A DNA stretch of 62,450 nucleotides, counting the filler, from Dimargaris cristalligena (Eukaryota): assembly GCA_003614675.1 (NCBI GenBank). It is 3 parts of 3 records of this genome, joined end to end, with 100 filler letters (N's around TTAATTAATTAA, not from the genome) between each part and the next. Parts side by side here need not be neighbours in the genome. Positions count along the whole stretch, not along the records: positions 41,812 to 62,450 come from ML002689.1; 2 more parts are not named here. One strand, given 5' to 3'. Positions 48,000-62,047 of this stretch are shown piece after piece. The notes under the pieces are model-generated. The model did not search any database. It saw nothing but the letters and a program-made list of their open reading frames with translations, and was not told the origin of the DNA. The translations under genes and the position numbers were made by a program. Position 1 is the first letter of the stretch; the number at the start of each line of letters is the position of its first letter.

Positions 48000-48655
48000 T
48001 ATGGCGGTGGGGGATCAACGTTAAGAAAGGTGATGATAAAAATAAGATAGAATGGTGGGGAATATTGGTGGAACAGACGGGTTTAAACCAAGAGGATAGA
48101 CACGAAGTTGCTAATAGGCCAGCCAGGGTTTAAAAGCAGCATCGGAGGGATAGAACCGAATGTAGGCGAATACAGCCATGAAAACAGGGGCCCAGCTTTA
48201 TTAGTCTGGTCTACAATTGCCCGTCTCTAGTCGGGGCGTGGAGGCTGTTGGTTGGGCCTAGGGGTGTGATCAGTGATGGAGGGAGAGTACAGACAGGGCT
48301 GTGTGGCCAATTTCTATTGGCACAGCCGCCCTGGTCGAGTTCCACCCGTTTCCATATAGGAGTGGCTTCGGTGAGCTTTACTTTGGGTGATAAGCGCTGC
48401 ACTCGAGCCTGCCCTTTCTCCATTAATTCGGATACGGGACTACTATCAGGAAATATGGTCCCCAATTTCGTTTATTCTAATAGTACTATAAATAGGTAAA
48501 ATACTCAACGATGGGTCAATAAATCAGCCACTGCACTAAAAGACGGGAGAAGCACTTGGGTTTTGCAAAACATGAGTAGCTAAAATATAATAGAGCAAAC
48601 CAGCAAACCTCATCAAACTGGCCTTATCATGCAGGCATAGCCGATGCCCGTCTGC

Positions 48656-51600
48656 TCAGTACCAGCATTCCTCCTGGTACCGGTGCGTCTTTTCCATTAA
48701 CCGGATATAATTAAGGGCCCCTTCCTTGGAGTATCCGCCAATCTGTTCAACTAATTCCACAAACGCCGCCTTGACATCTTCCGGCATGCGATTAGCATTG
48801 CCTGACACGAGTACCACGGCCTTGCGGTCATTGAGCAGGGGCCACAAGGTCTTGGCCGCGTCCCGGATCAGATGTTGCACGTATATCTTGCGCTGCCCCA
48901 CGGAAGCCATTATATTCAATTGCAGGACAGAGGCCCCATAAAGTAAATGACATATGGTGGTAAATTATGGAATAGCGGAGATGCATTCGTCAGTTCAACC
49001 GCCAGATATCTATTTAACGATCAAGAGAGACCAGCAACACTCGTATAAAATACAGCCCATCACTAATTGGCCGCATCAGGCAATACGGTACTCAGCCGAG
49101 GGAAACGGGTTGGACGGCATTTCACTTACATCTTGATCGCGGGAGAATGCCGTGAAGAGCTTGAGTTGCCCTTTATTGACCATGGTGGTCCATTCATCCC
49201 CGTAAATGAAGTCCTTTTGAGCGTGGCGACAACCAAAAATCAGAATATTGTCTTTGGGTAATAATAAAGAAATATACCAAGGCATAGTAAGCCTTGAGTA
49301 TCATTAGAACAATTGCGGGGTCCATGAATATAGATATAAATACAGACACGCCCGGAATATCTGGTGTGTATAGGTATTACAAGGCAAACCAATGGATAGG
49401 GCTAGAGACTTACCTGCAGCTCCCTGAGCAATACGCGCCTGAATAAACGACCGCATAGGGGCAACCCCAGTCCCTGGAATAGTTAACCCCGTTCCCGCCA
49501 TAATGCCAAATAATACCGCAAAAATAAACATCAATACAATGCCACTAGATAATTATGGTATAATATAAATTGGGTATTCAATTTACACGCAAGGAAGCTT
49601 GCTTGGATAGCCAGACAAGATACCTGTGCGAATCGATTATACAGATATAAATTGGATGAACTAAGGGGCAGTGACTTACCAGGTCCGATCATTATCAGAG
49701 GGGTGGTGGGGTCGGATGGCATGTTCATTGTGCCCGGTTTAATTGTAACAGGCAAAACCATATCATCTGGGGGGTATATAAAGTAACAGCGATTTTACAT
49801 CGTTAACGTTATGCACCACATTTAGAAGAGAACAATGGGGAGGCTATTTCATGCCAAGGTGTGTAATCTAGTGGCGATACCAATTTCTTTACCACCCAAT
49901 TTCCATAATATACGGCCAGATATACTCTATAGTTGGATATATGCCATTAGCTAAAAAAAAATACCAACATGTACCGAGTAGGGTTATAAATAAATTATCG
50001 AGCATTACCTTCAGGAGAGAGAGTCACTAGCCATTTGGAACACACCCCATGGCGCGGGGTACTCATACGTGTTCGGTAATTGACAATAGCCACGGTTAAA
50101 TGTACTTGGTCGGGATATTGCTGTATGTAATCGAAGAAACGACGGGCAATAGACAGTAGGTAATTCAATGAGTAAAATGTCAATAAAACCTCGCAGGGTG
50201 GGGAGGAGAAGCGGCACATGGATAATCAAAGTGAACGAGGCATTATGATAAATCAATAAACACATACCATCAAACAGGACGAAATGGAATACGACCGGGC
50301 CCGGATGTCAGGGAAAATATCAAATATATAGTCCAGAGGAATGGCATATGAACGGAAGTCCTTCAAAACTTCAACAATTGTTCGACGCACACGGTGGCTG
50401 TAGGCATACAGGTCGTCCTAAAGATATATGCATGAATAAATAGGCAAAATCGGCATTTTCGCAGTGTGGGCATTAGTAGGGCATGCCGTGCTATCGTGTA
50501 AAGTTTGGCGTTGGGTAAAATCCCAATGTCTTCCAGGGTATAATAATACGGCGGGGCAAACTGACAACAATGGACGACTTACCTGGCCCTCGGCGGAGCA
50601 GAATTCACGCAACTTTTCGGTTTCCATTTCATCGGACGTGAAATAAGAGAGCATTTCGAAGAATGAGCGACGAGGTACGCTGTAAATATCGAAATGGGTT
50701 TCAAATAGGCTCCGAAGCGTAACAGTTCCCCGAAGTACATGGGGCAGATGGACCCAATGCTCCCGGGGCCGGATAACCAAGGGTGTATCCGCCTGGTCGC
50801 CCCATTGCATATGATCTAGAAAATCGGACACTTCGTCGGGGAGGTTCTGCGGTAGTAGTGAGGCCACACTGCCGGGGCTGAAGCTTAACGGACGTGCATC
50901 GGTGGGGTCTCGGGAAAACTCGACATGCCGGATATCCTGAAAATGATCGGGGGTGGAGATGCGCTCATTGCGAACCAGTCGCATCCGAACAGTTCCCGGA
51001 GGCTCCACGACCGACAGTGGCGGAGTGACGGCCGAAGGGGGTGTACTCGAGGTAGGTTTCGGCTCAACAGTGTAAGTAGACTCTGGCCGTGCAGTGTCCG
51101 GAATAATCTCCTGGTCCGGCGATAAAGAGTACAGGGTGAGCATGGTCTCCCACAGGCCCCCGAGCCATGGGTCCAGGGTGCCGTCTAGTCCAAGGTAGTG
51201 CTGGTCGTCTCCTTCGCCGCGGGGATAGATGCAATTGGCCCCAAGCTGGAGCAGCCGGCGGTATAATTTACGTCCCGGGAAATTGAATTTGGAATACGAG
51301 GAGTCGCCTAGGCCAAAGATGGTGAACTGGAGGTTTTGGAGGGCACTGCTTGAATGGGATTTGCGAAGCAAGAATTTCCAGAATGACTGTCCAATGGATA
51401 GGGATTCCAGGGGAGGGGGGCAGGTTGGTGGAGATGCAGGAGTGGGAAGGGAACGGCGATCATTACGAGGGGCGGTGAATTTAAGCAGCCATCAGGGGGG
51501 TCGTTGGGCTAGTCGCAAGCCCCAAGTGGAACACAAGCATTAAATAAACCGCTGCATTAACTGGGACAAAAGTTCGATGGATAGGATTTTGCATGGTACA

Positions 51601-52014
51601 TACCTTCATATTGTCGGGCTCTTCGCCTTGTCCGGTCGTTGAACATACGAAAATCGCCAAACGGATGTGTGGTAGTCGGGTCTACAAGAGCCGAGGTCCC
51701 AACGTCCACAGGAATATAAGAGAAAATAGAGGGTTGAGAGTGTCCCCGATTTGCACCAAAAGGAACAGTATAGCTGTATTAGATAGGAGCGACAGGGTGG
51801 GTTAGGCTATGGGCCTGAACGAGTCCAACTGAAATGCCTTGAGTCGGCCCTATAGGTAAGGCAATGTTAAACAGGTGCTTACCCGCTCGAGGGAATCCAG
51901 GGCCATGATTTCGGGACGGAAATGACGGCGACGGGCCTCTCGTCCGATCCGTAGAGCAACGTCTTCCGCACATCCAGTCTGGGAACCATAGAGAATAAGG
52001 ATAGATTCGTGCAT
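48656..52014 (-). CDS. TAH18: NADPH-dependent diflavin oxidoreductase 1 (Tah18/NDOR1), about 9 exons
   Basis: ILILYGSQTGCAEDVA.RIGREARRR, STTGQGEEPDNM, FGLGDSSY.KFN, GEGDDQH, HFQDIRH, R.YSISS, IMIGPGTGVAPMRS, FGCR, KIYVQH, C-terminal RYQEECWY; canonical introns. Confidence 0.93.
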
Positions 52015-53124
52015 TGCAGTACCGACGAATGGGCCGAGAATAAAACCGGGGCAAGGAGATATTAGCCGACCAAATAGGGAAATGAACAAATGCAACCGAA
52101 CAAGAGGGTTGCAATAGGGAGGAGAGAGGGCACAGCCAACTAAATTTAGTTCACCTTGGCTTTGTGAAACCCAGGAGAAAGGGAACGCACCTCTGCGCAT
52201 ATTCCGGCGAATAAGATGGAGTGTTGGGTGGTTATCTCCCATCAGATAAAGTGTGGCGCCAACCAAAGAGCTCCTCCTCTGTTATAGTAAGGAAAAGTAG
52301 TGGTGTCTTTTTGAAAAGGAACAGCCTTGAGGAGGGCCTGAAGAGTTAAATCCATCACCTCTCGGGCCCTCCTGTGACCAGAAACCCCGCCTTACATTGG
52401 AGAATACTACACTTTTGGCGTAAGTGCGTAAACTTCCCCCAGGAAATGGTGTAGCTCAGCACCCCAGTATACCACTTAACAGTCAGTAACCAAATGACAG
52501 GGCTGCAAAGGACTTTAAAGGGAATTTAAACACACCCCCCAGTAATGTTTATTGGCTACATACTCAATTTCTAACGACCCAATTATAAACCAGGTAAACC
52601 CGTATGATTACTTTGGCGATTGGCATTATATCAAGTATATCTGATATCATCTTATCTTCTACGCCGTTCTGTTTACTACCATCTATACGTTTAAATAGTG
52701 GTTTACAGTACCATCAAAACCTTTACATACCCCTGCCATACATTTAACGCGTGGCCGATAATAACCACGAATAGCCCGGGTGCCCATTCCATTCGCTGTG
52801 GGAACCCCGCATACCAGGGTAAAAGACACGGGGATATCTAAAGGGATATTGAACTTTTATGTAAAATACAGTCACTCCAAGTGGGTGGGGGGATCCGGCT
52901 AAGATCCACAAGGAGCGAGTCTCGTCGATACTACATGGGATGGGTGCATAGGTCACGGGGCAATGGAAGGAAAAAATATGAAATATAGAGAGAGGAAGAG
53001 GAAGTAGGGGGTATAAATATAACAATGGTAATGGGGGTAGAGAGAAGGAGTAATAAGGAAAGGGTCTTTAGTGCCACTACGCGTCCTGGCCGAATAACCC
53101 GGGCACAAGGGGCCAGAAATTACA

Positions 53125-55901
53125 TTAGTGATTTGGTCCGTATTTCTCAAATGTCCGCCATAGGACGCTTGTGATGCGATCGATGTCGCGGTCCCGTGCG
53201 CCGCCGTTACGCTCAACCATTTCGGGATGGGTGGTGACAATGTGGAGAACGTGCTTGACTATATATTTAAGGTTGTCGATGTTCAATGGGGGCTGGGTCA
53301 GCAGCTCCTGTTGGAGAATGGATAGGTGGGAGTCTTGTCGCAGAAAGGGATGTTGGAGCAACTCTGGTATCGTCATGCGAGCCCGACTATCCCGCTGGAG
53401 GCAATTCTTCATTACGGTCATCAGGTCACCTGGAATCGTAAAGGGCACGGTGGCATAGCTTTCACCCAGATCGGAGAGATCACTCTCTAAGTCGGGGACC
53501 TCTACACGAATGCTCATTGAATCCGGGAAATTTATGGGGGTGTTGGGATCTGGGATGGCACGAAGCTTGGTGTAGATATTCTTGAGATGGGCAAATGGGG
53601 TGCGCCCATAAACCATTTGGTAGAGGATGCAGCCAAGAGACCAGACATCACTAGGTCGCCCAAGCTAAGGGTAGTTTTATGATCAAGTGCATGCAACGAG
53701 ATGGGAAGTCGGTAAAAATCGATTAGTTATACAGTATTCAATCGGCCAAATCATCAGGCCGGGAATCAGCGGGGAGGGTCGGCAAAGAGTTCCTCAGGGC
53801 CGGCCTTACAATCATATCGTTTAATCGGGCTAAGAAAAGTCTCCGAAACCGTGGCACATCAACACAAGCCTACCTTCATACACCGTCGGGCTCCAGGACC
53901 AGCACCGTTGGTGTCTTCAATAGCCTCCGGTGACATGTAATTCACAGTGCCAATCTAATGGAGGAAAACAAGGTACACCAAAGAAAATAAATAAAAGGAG
54001 AGTTAGGGCTGTTGGAGTCAGTGGGGTGCACATGGAATATCGAAGTATAGGGGCATAACATAGCGAGACATGGATTGCCCAAAACAAGACCATTGATATC
54101 AACTAGGTCAACCCCGAGTGACGGTTAGCATTGTCCACGCAATATAGAGAAGGGGGTGGTATTTGAAAACGGTAGTAAAATAGCCCCAGAACAACTTACC
54201 TGGTGCTCCCTATGAATATTGGTGGTATCGTTTGCAATAGCCTTGGCGATACCGAAGTCGATCAGTTTGAGGGTACCAGCAACGAGAAGGAAATTGGCGG
54301 GTTTAAGATCAGAATGCACGATTTTCTGCTCGTGGATGGCGTGGACAGCCTCTAGCATTTGTTCCCAGTACATACGGACAAAATTCATGTTGAGCGGCTT
54401 ATCTTGGTGCTTTTGGAGAATGTGGGCCAGATCGATTTCACCGCATTCGAGGCCCTGGTGAGACGAAGGCGTAGAGATTAAATTCGGATCGATGATTTGG
54501 GGCAAAAATAAGACGTGGATTAGACCAAGCGGAATAGAATAGAATGGGATGGTAAGGTAAGGTAAGGTAGGGATCAATTCCTCTTAATTCAATACGGTGA
54601 GTCAGAAACATGGTCAGAAATCAACTTACAATGAGTATAAACCCCCGCTCAAAGTTAACCTCGGAGTCGATGAGACGGATAATGTATTCAGAATGGGCCA
54701 AACGCTTCAGCAGGTCGATCTCGTTGATGTAGCCTTTGATAGTGACGGGGTCGGCTTTGGCGAGGGCCACTTTCTTTACCGCGAGAAGCTTGTTATCTTG
54801 GCTCATGACCTTGTACACCTTGCTGCTACCGCCACGCCCGATAATGCCCAGGCGTGTGTAGGGCCGGCCGTTCATAAACAAATACTTGCGGTCAGAGGGG
54901 AGGGTAAGTGGAAGGGAAGAGCCAGAACCGTTCGCAGGGGCGACGGTGGGGACCGGGCCAGGCACAGACTGGCCTGAGGACGATGTTGGACGGGAAATGG
55001 TGGGTATCTCAGGGGAAATAGCGTGGGCAATGTGAGTAGGATTGGGGGGCGATGGATAGGAGGATTGGGAGAGCCGCTTAGCCTGATTAAGTCCAATCGG
55101 ATGATTTAAACGAGTGGGTGACGGGGCTTTCTCCAAGGGGCTGTGCAGCAGGTCAGAGCGGTAGACGGTGGGTAATGGGGGTGGTGAATCGGCCCCCAGT
55201 GACTTGGGTGTCGTGGTAGTAGTAGCAGAGAACGATAATGAAATTGGCGGGCGCCCAGCAACGGGAGTGATTCCCGCTGAGTGGGAGCCCCGTGAAATAG
55301 GCCGGCTGACGGTGGTAGGGTCGGGTGAGAGGCTGGAGGAACGGGTGGCGGTCAATCCCGTTGGAGAGGCCTCGTGTTCCTGGAACGATACCTGGCGCTG
55401 CGAGGTCGGGACGGAATCGAACGAGGGGTCACTCGGCGCAAGGTGGGTTAACGTAGACTCCCGGAATGAGGGTCTTACGGGAGGCACGGGTATATCGGGA
55501 GGGCCTAGTGGTGGGGAAAGAGCTGGGGGATTTTCCGGAAGGGAAGTTGATTCGGTGGACCAAGGGACGGTTTGTACGGACACTTGGTTGAGCTGTTGGC
55601 GGAGACTCCGCACAGGGGAGAGGTTGGTACTGCGTACGGCAGGATAGTCGGGATCGGGGTTACAGGTATCGTCCCGCTGGACACCACTGAGGCCGTCGGA
55701 CTCGGGTTTGGCGAAGCTGAGGGCCTCGTCGACCTCCTCCAGATTGGATTCAGTGGTGTCGCCCGATGGCAGAGAGCGTACGGGGGGGCCAAGGCCAATC
55801 CGGCCCCGCTTCCAACGGGCGGACTTTGAAGCGGTGGCGCGAGTATCGGTGGATAGGGAGGGCCTCCGGGCGGCTGGAGTATTGAAGGATAGATCAGCCA
55901 T
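53125..55901 (-). CDS. MPS1: Spindle checkpoint kinase Mps1/TTK (about 4 exons)
   Basis: [103 protein letters not shown]. Start codon uncertain. Confidence 0.92.
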
Positions 55902-57400
55902 TCGATGGGCGATATGGGCCAGGAAGGCACGACCAAGGAGATGGGACTGGCCAGAAAATAGGGGACTTGCAACTAGAGCGGAAGCAGTCTAAGATGATGA
56001 ATGGAAGAGGTCAAAAGACCGATGGTTAGGAACGGTAGGGCTACAGTGCAGGCGGGTACCCCAGACAGTAAAGAAAAGGCTGGTAGATGGGAGGTATAGG
56101 GCGGGAATGCATAGAACAGCGAGGAAGTGAGGAATGTGACTATGAGTAAATTAAAGGCATTGGCGGCCAGAGAGTAAACAAACCAGGCGGGGGAACAAAG
56201 GGGGCTAAAAGGGATAAAAAAGGCCTAGTTCCACTGCCGCGCCCTAGCCCATTGTATCAGCCGGAATCCACGCATTTAAGGTTGCCAATGAAGGGCGGAG
56301 GGCGAAGGAGCCACAGGAGGAGGAGCATCTCCCTAGCCATGTTTTGATTTGAATGAGCGGAATTGGAAATCTGGCCAAATAAAGCCCCGAATTGCCTACC
56401 AGGCACGTGACACCCCTGGACTGGTTGATGCTTCCCAACATACTATACTATTAGGAGTGAGGGGGAGGGGGGAGTTCCTTAGATAAGCCAGCCAGCGTCT
56501 ACTTCGTCAAATAAACAAGAAATGCTAAGTAAGGCTAGGCTTTTCGTAACTAAAGGACCACCGCCCGGATGTATTAACAGGGCGCGCCATATTCAATCCA
56601 TGTTGATCGCACGGCTATGTTTGTTACAGAGAGGGCACCTGGACTAATCCCCAATTGACTATCACCCAAGCCCACGCCAGTTGCCAAGGGCCTTGCCTCC
56701 CCTTCTCACGACACCAGTTAAAAAAACACCCCACACACGTATGAGCAGCTGGCCCAATTCCCTAAACACCAAACCAGCGACCATCATTCTGCACCAAACC
56801 ACCGAGAACCCCACCCCTCAAATGGATGAAACGCCATCCGTTGAAAATAAAACAAGGTTGGCGGAAATTACCCCACAATTTAGTAATGAATGTGCATGAA
56901 AAATAGAGAAGATCAATGGACAAATGGGCCACAGTTCTCCAAGTAAAAAGTAAAATAAGCCAAGCTAAGTTGATATAGAAGTGAGCCAGGAAAAAGGGAA
57001 TACAAAGCTAAGGGTTGAAGAGACCCTGCATATCACAAATATGGTAAAAATAAACGAAGCACAGGCAGTAAATCTCTTGTGTACCTCCCCCCCCAACGAC
57101 TGCTCGAGTCGACCAAGGCCCCATTGGTTATCGCTCTCAAACAGGCAAGCAGGTGTAATATCCCACCAGACAGGGACCCAAAGGTAGGGCAGGCTTAAGA
57201 ATCATATCATCGGGGAGTATCGACCTACCAATCCTTTCAATCGGAGGCAAAGCGGGAGCGGGAGAGTACTTATTGCAATATGGACTAAAAGCAAGATCGG
57301 GCACACGGATGCAATCGGTGATCTAGTAGTAGAAACAAAACTCAGTCGAAGTTAAGTGGTGCGAATAACCATTCGAGCAAAGGGAGGAGGGAACAGGTGA

Positions 57401-58958
57401 TTACGAGACCTGGCCGGCGGCCATGCTGGCTTGCTCCTCCTCCTGGCGAGGACGGCGCTTGAGTACCAGTTCGTCACCGGTCACGCGCTTGTAAATGTCA
57501 CGAATGTCCTCCATAATGGACACGAAATGGGAGCTCGCGTCATAAGACTTGGAAATGAAGACCTGGTCCTTGGTGCCGTCTTCCAGGGGCACGTTGATAT
57601 CGGATACGGACACGAACTTCTCGGTAATGGGACCCAGCAGCTGGAGACCCGGGAGGATTTCCTTCTCGGGAATCTCGGTTTCGACAATGGTGGACACAAT
57701 GGCCAAATAGTAGTCCTTGGCACAGACGTTGTGGGATGCCGACACGCAGGCAATGTAAATATCGTTCTTGCGGTTAACCTGCTTCTGGGGGATAATCAGC
57801 TGCACCGAGTTGATGTCACCCGTGTTAGGGATGGGGTGCTGGAGCAAGCAAATGGCACGGACCACGCGGCCCACCGTCTTGACCTTCCCGGGGAAGTAGG
57901 ACGGGTCACCGATGACCTGCTTGGCGTAGGCCTTCTCGTCGCCGCTACGAATACCCTTGAATTTGCCCTCGTCGTCGTACAGAATTTCGGAGACGGGTTT
58001 ATCCAGCATATAGGTACCACCGTAGATGGCACTGAGACGAGCGAACCCCTGGGGCAACTCGCCCAAACCGTAGAGCGGGTAGATGTAAGGGCTCTTGCCG
58101 TAGCGAGCCACGGACGAGACGTAAAGAATCAGGCGGTCGTACGTTTCGCGTGCGGGACGGTGGAGAAACTCGTCGTCGGTGTACAGAGCCATGGCGTGGC
58201 CCAAGAAGTCCTGAGTACCGGTTTCCAAGCCGAATTTCTTGAACACTTCAATCATTTGCATGCGGTCCAGGTCGACGCCATTGTGGGTGGAGGCGTCGTC
58301 ATCCTTCCAGTTCTGGATAAATTCCAGGAATTTCTTGAGGCGGCGTTTCTCGAAGAGGCCGATCAGCGGGCTGGTCACCGCCTCCATTTCGTTGGCGGGC
58401 ACTTTGGAGATACGGCCATCACGGTAAACGAACGAGCCATCAATCTGCTTGAATTCCAAGTAGCGAGTGACATCAGTATGGGTAAGCACACGGACCAGCT
58501 CTTCGTTGGCCATCATGAATTTGGGGATTAAGTCAACGTTATAGTCCCGGTCCCGGCCGAAAGACTCAGGGGCATCGGCCCCCGAACGGAAACGACGGTA
58601 GAGCTGCGTCAGGTTCAGACTGGCGCTTTCACCGCCGTAATAATCATTCCGATCAATATGGAGAACCTTCTTGCCCTCCACGGAGAGAAGACCCGAGAGG
58701 ACACATTCGGTCAGACCGGTACCCAACACGATAACGTCGTAATTTTCTTCCTGGTATTGGGTTAAAGGTAGCGATAGTGCATACAGTGGTCGGATACTAC
58801 AGGGTTAGTCCAGGAACGAGTAGATGGACCCGGCAGATGGCGGAGCGTAAGTGATGGACTGCGGGCCCGTCGAACCCCTCACAGTCTAACCAACAGAGTA
58901 AAGGAGAGCAGGGCAGATGGCCAGATGGAGGTAGAGGGAGAGGAAGAGGGCTTACCAT
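57401..58958 (-). CDS. GDI1: Rab GDP-dissociation inhibitor, 450 aa
   Basis: ATG-only exon 58958-58956, GTAAG...CAG intron, exon 2 58750-57401 giving [52 protein letters not shown]. Confidence 0.97.
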
Positions 58959-59626
58959 GGCGTCGATAGTAGGGAATGGCAGGGAACAAACTGGCTGAGG
59001 TAAAAAGAAAGAATAAAGCGAAGAAGGCCAGATGGATGGGGCGCTAAGTAGTAGTAGTGGGGGAGTGGAGACCAGTGGCGCGGGGGGCTTAAAAGTGGAG
59101 GGGTGGGGCTGGGAGACGATAGGCAGGTGTGGGTGGGGAACACGGCCTCGGCTGATTTGGCTCCATTCTTTTAACCAGTGGGCCTATTGCTGTGTTAAAA
59201 ATAACTTAATTGGAGCGCGCCTTATTAACGGCCGTAGTGCCGTTCTCCCCTCACCGCCGGACTATACCGCCACAACCCCCCACACTCCACTCCACCGTTA
59301 TCGGCCCACTAGACTCTCAAGGGGATTGACTAAGTCGGTGACGGGTGTGTGAGCGGCTCCCCTGAATCCTGCCGGCGTCTATTAATCCACCGAACTAAAT
59401 GTACAGTTGGCTGATGGAATGGGAGAGGGGGAGTTGGGTGTTTTTACTACTCCCTGCCTCTGTAAGCACAACCCCGCAGTTCCCAGCCTTTCGTCATCGA
59501 ACCTTATTGAGGCAATACGCCAATCAACAATCACCCAAACGGCCATATGCAACCACGGCTAGGCGTTGGGACTGCATCAATATACCCCCACTAATGACTA
59601 GGCGTGTGGTAGTGCCATATCGTCCG

Positions 59627-61022
59627 ACCAAATAGTGCATCATATATCAACCAACAATGCATCAGGGCAGTTACATTCAACCCCAACAAGGAGAAGGGTG
59701 CCTGTTTAATAATTTAGCCCACCTTGGATACTGGTGTCTTTTAGCATAACAAACCTGTGAAATAATGATAAACTGGATACCCTCTGATATGGTGTTAAGG
59801 GTTTAATACCTACATTTTCTTCCAGATCCCATATAATAATAGGTGGGTTAGTGCTGCTAAATGCTGGGCTAGTATTGAGTGGGACAGCAGTACTGTTGGC
59901 CAAATCAGCAAAATCCAACCAGGGCACACAACTAGTGGAGCTAGCTCCTGGATTTGGGGAGCCCAATGTAGCTGTGTGACCTTTGCCAATAAATTCAAGA
60001 AATGGGGTCATAACTTTCTTCAATATTATTTTTTTGATTTTCTGTATTTCAGAATAATAATAATATATTTATACTTCAACTTTCACTTGTGGATAATAAT
60101 CTATCAATACTGATTCCATTCAAAATTAGTGGGGTTAAAGCTGCCACCTTTTACTGGCTACTCTCCTATTGGGAGTATCAGTTATCTGATACTTTGATGA
60201 ACAGATGAGTGTCTCTTGGTCAGTTGCCAGTCTCTGAAATACAATACTAGTTGCCATTATAACAAAAGGCATAATGGAAGAATCTGATGAAGTGGTGAAA
60301 ATGTAGATATTGATCATTAGGACTATCAGATTATCCAGGTGGATTTAGAGATGCTACTTATTAAAATATTTTCTTTTAAACTTGAAGCTAACTACAGCAA
60401 CCTCTAGTAAGTGGTAAGAGAAGCATAGATGTCCCAGCTTTAGAGCAGTACTAGAACCAAGTATTGCTTAGTTTACCATACTAATGCATAAAGGGCTCTG
60501 GTAGTAGGTGGAGGGAGGGGGCTGATAGGGTAATATACATTGCCCATGTATGAGGAACTAGCAGACTAACACTGCATATTGGAGGGGGGTAGCCATCAAA
60601 CCTGGGTCCTGCCCAATCAATAATATAATTATACATTGGGCCTATTTGTAGTGAATTAAGCTTGTTACATGCCCTCCTAGATAATAGTCCAAATCAAAAA
60701 TACTTTAGACATTTTGGTTATAAGATCCAATTTAGACTAGGCATTAGGGTTTCTAAAAATGGATTTAGGAGTTTCCAGGTCCCATTTGCCTATTACTATT
60801 ATCTATGAACTGGTTGATAGGTTTTAATACACTTTCTTTTATTGGTAGTATCTGGCTAAATTGCTAGCAAAAACAAACCAAGACTTTAGTACAAAGGACA
60901 GGTCTCATAGGCTTGTAATCAGGGGTTAGTATAAGTATATGATTGGGCACCACTCTCCTATTAGAGTGGTACTCAGTTGAGTATCAGCTGTGCTCTTTTA
61001 CCCTTTGTATGCCCCTCCTCAC
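59627..61022. mobile_element. CpG-free block, probable methylation-eroded repeat or transposon relic
   Basis: No CG dinucleotide found by eye over about 1.4 kb although C and G are common; both flanks are CG-rich; no intact ORF. Confidence 0.5.
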
Positions 61023-62047
61023 CGCTATATAGTCCAACTCTCCATAGTTTATTTGGTGAACAAGTATAAATAGTATAAAGGGGAGGGCTACATAGGTTTG
61101 GTTAAGATCATGTGACTTGAATAGCTCGGTCTACTTGTATGGACTTCGCCCGTTATAGTTGGGTCGAATATGCCGAGTGGTAATTGGGATATGGTGCAAC
61201 ATTCAGGCAGTCTTGGAAGAACTCGGAGGCGGCCTTAGGAATTGGCCGTGGTCCATTTAGAGCCGCGTGCATTGCCGCATAGAGCAGGAGGATTCCGTTC
61301 CCTCCGGCCTTTTTCTTTCTTCTCTCTCTCCCTTCGGCAAGTGTGTCTAGTTGGCCCTATGCCTGACAAGGGGGGAGTTTGGGTTCACTCCTTGAAACTA
61401 CTCATCGCAGAGGATTTAGGGAGAATAACCACCGGACCAAGGAGGTTTAGGGGTTGAGCCAGAAACAAGGGTCAGGAGAGAACGGTGGGTGTTGCCGTGT
61501 ACAACGTGTGTATGCGCATGTATTGATTGGTTGAGGGGAGAGGGCTTGGCTGGGCTAAATGGCGGGGACCATGTAAAAAAAAGCGAGTGAGCGCTATATT
61601 CAAGTGACCCGGAGCGGCCAATCGCAGTGCGTTAATCCAGCCGGTTATTGGTTGGTTTGCCTTAAACGGGTGGGAATAGCCGAAACCGCCACTAGTGTGG
61701 GTTTTTTAGCCCATATGTTGTGTGTACAGCTGAGCGTATCAAGTGGTCTGGGTTACCTAAGCAAATGACAAGGGTGCGTAATGGATACACGCGCATAAGC
61801 ATATACCCGCCCCTCCTCTAAGCCTGAAGAAAAAAAACCCGGCTGAGAGTGTATGTAGAGAGCATAAAATAGACCGCTGGCCCTGCCCCGCTACAGCACC
61901 ACCTTGCTCTGCCCTCTATCCGGTTGAACGCAGCAACGAGTCCCACCCCGCTCCGATTTCTTTCTTCGTTCCCTTCATTTCACCAATACTATCGTTCCCG
62001 TAGTATTGCCCTATCCATCCATCCATCGTTAGCATAAATCAGTCACC

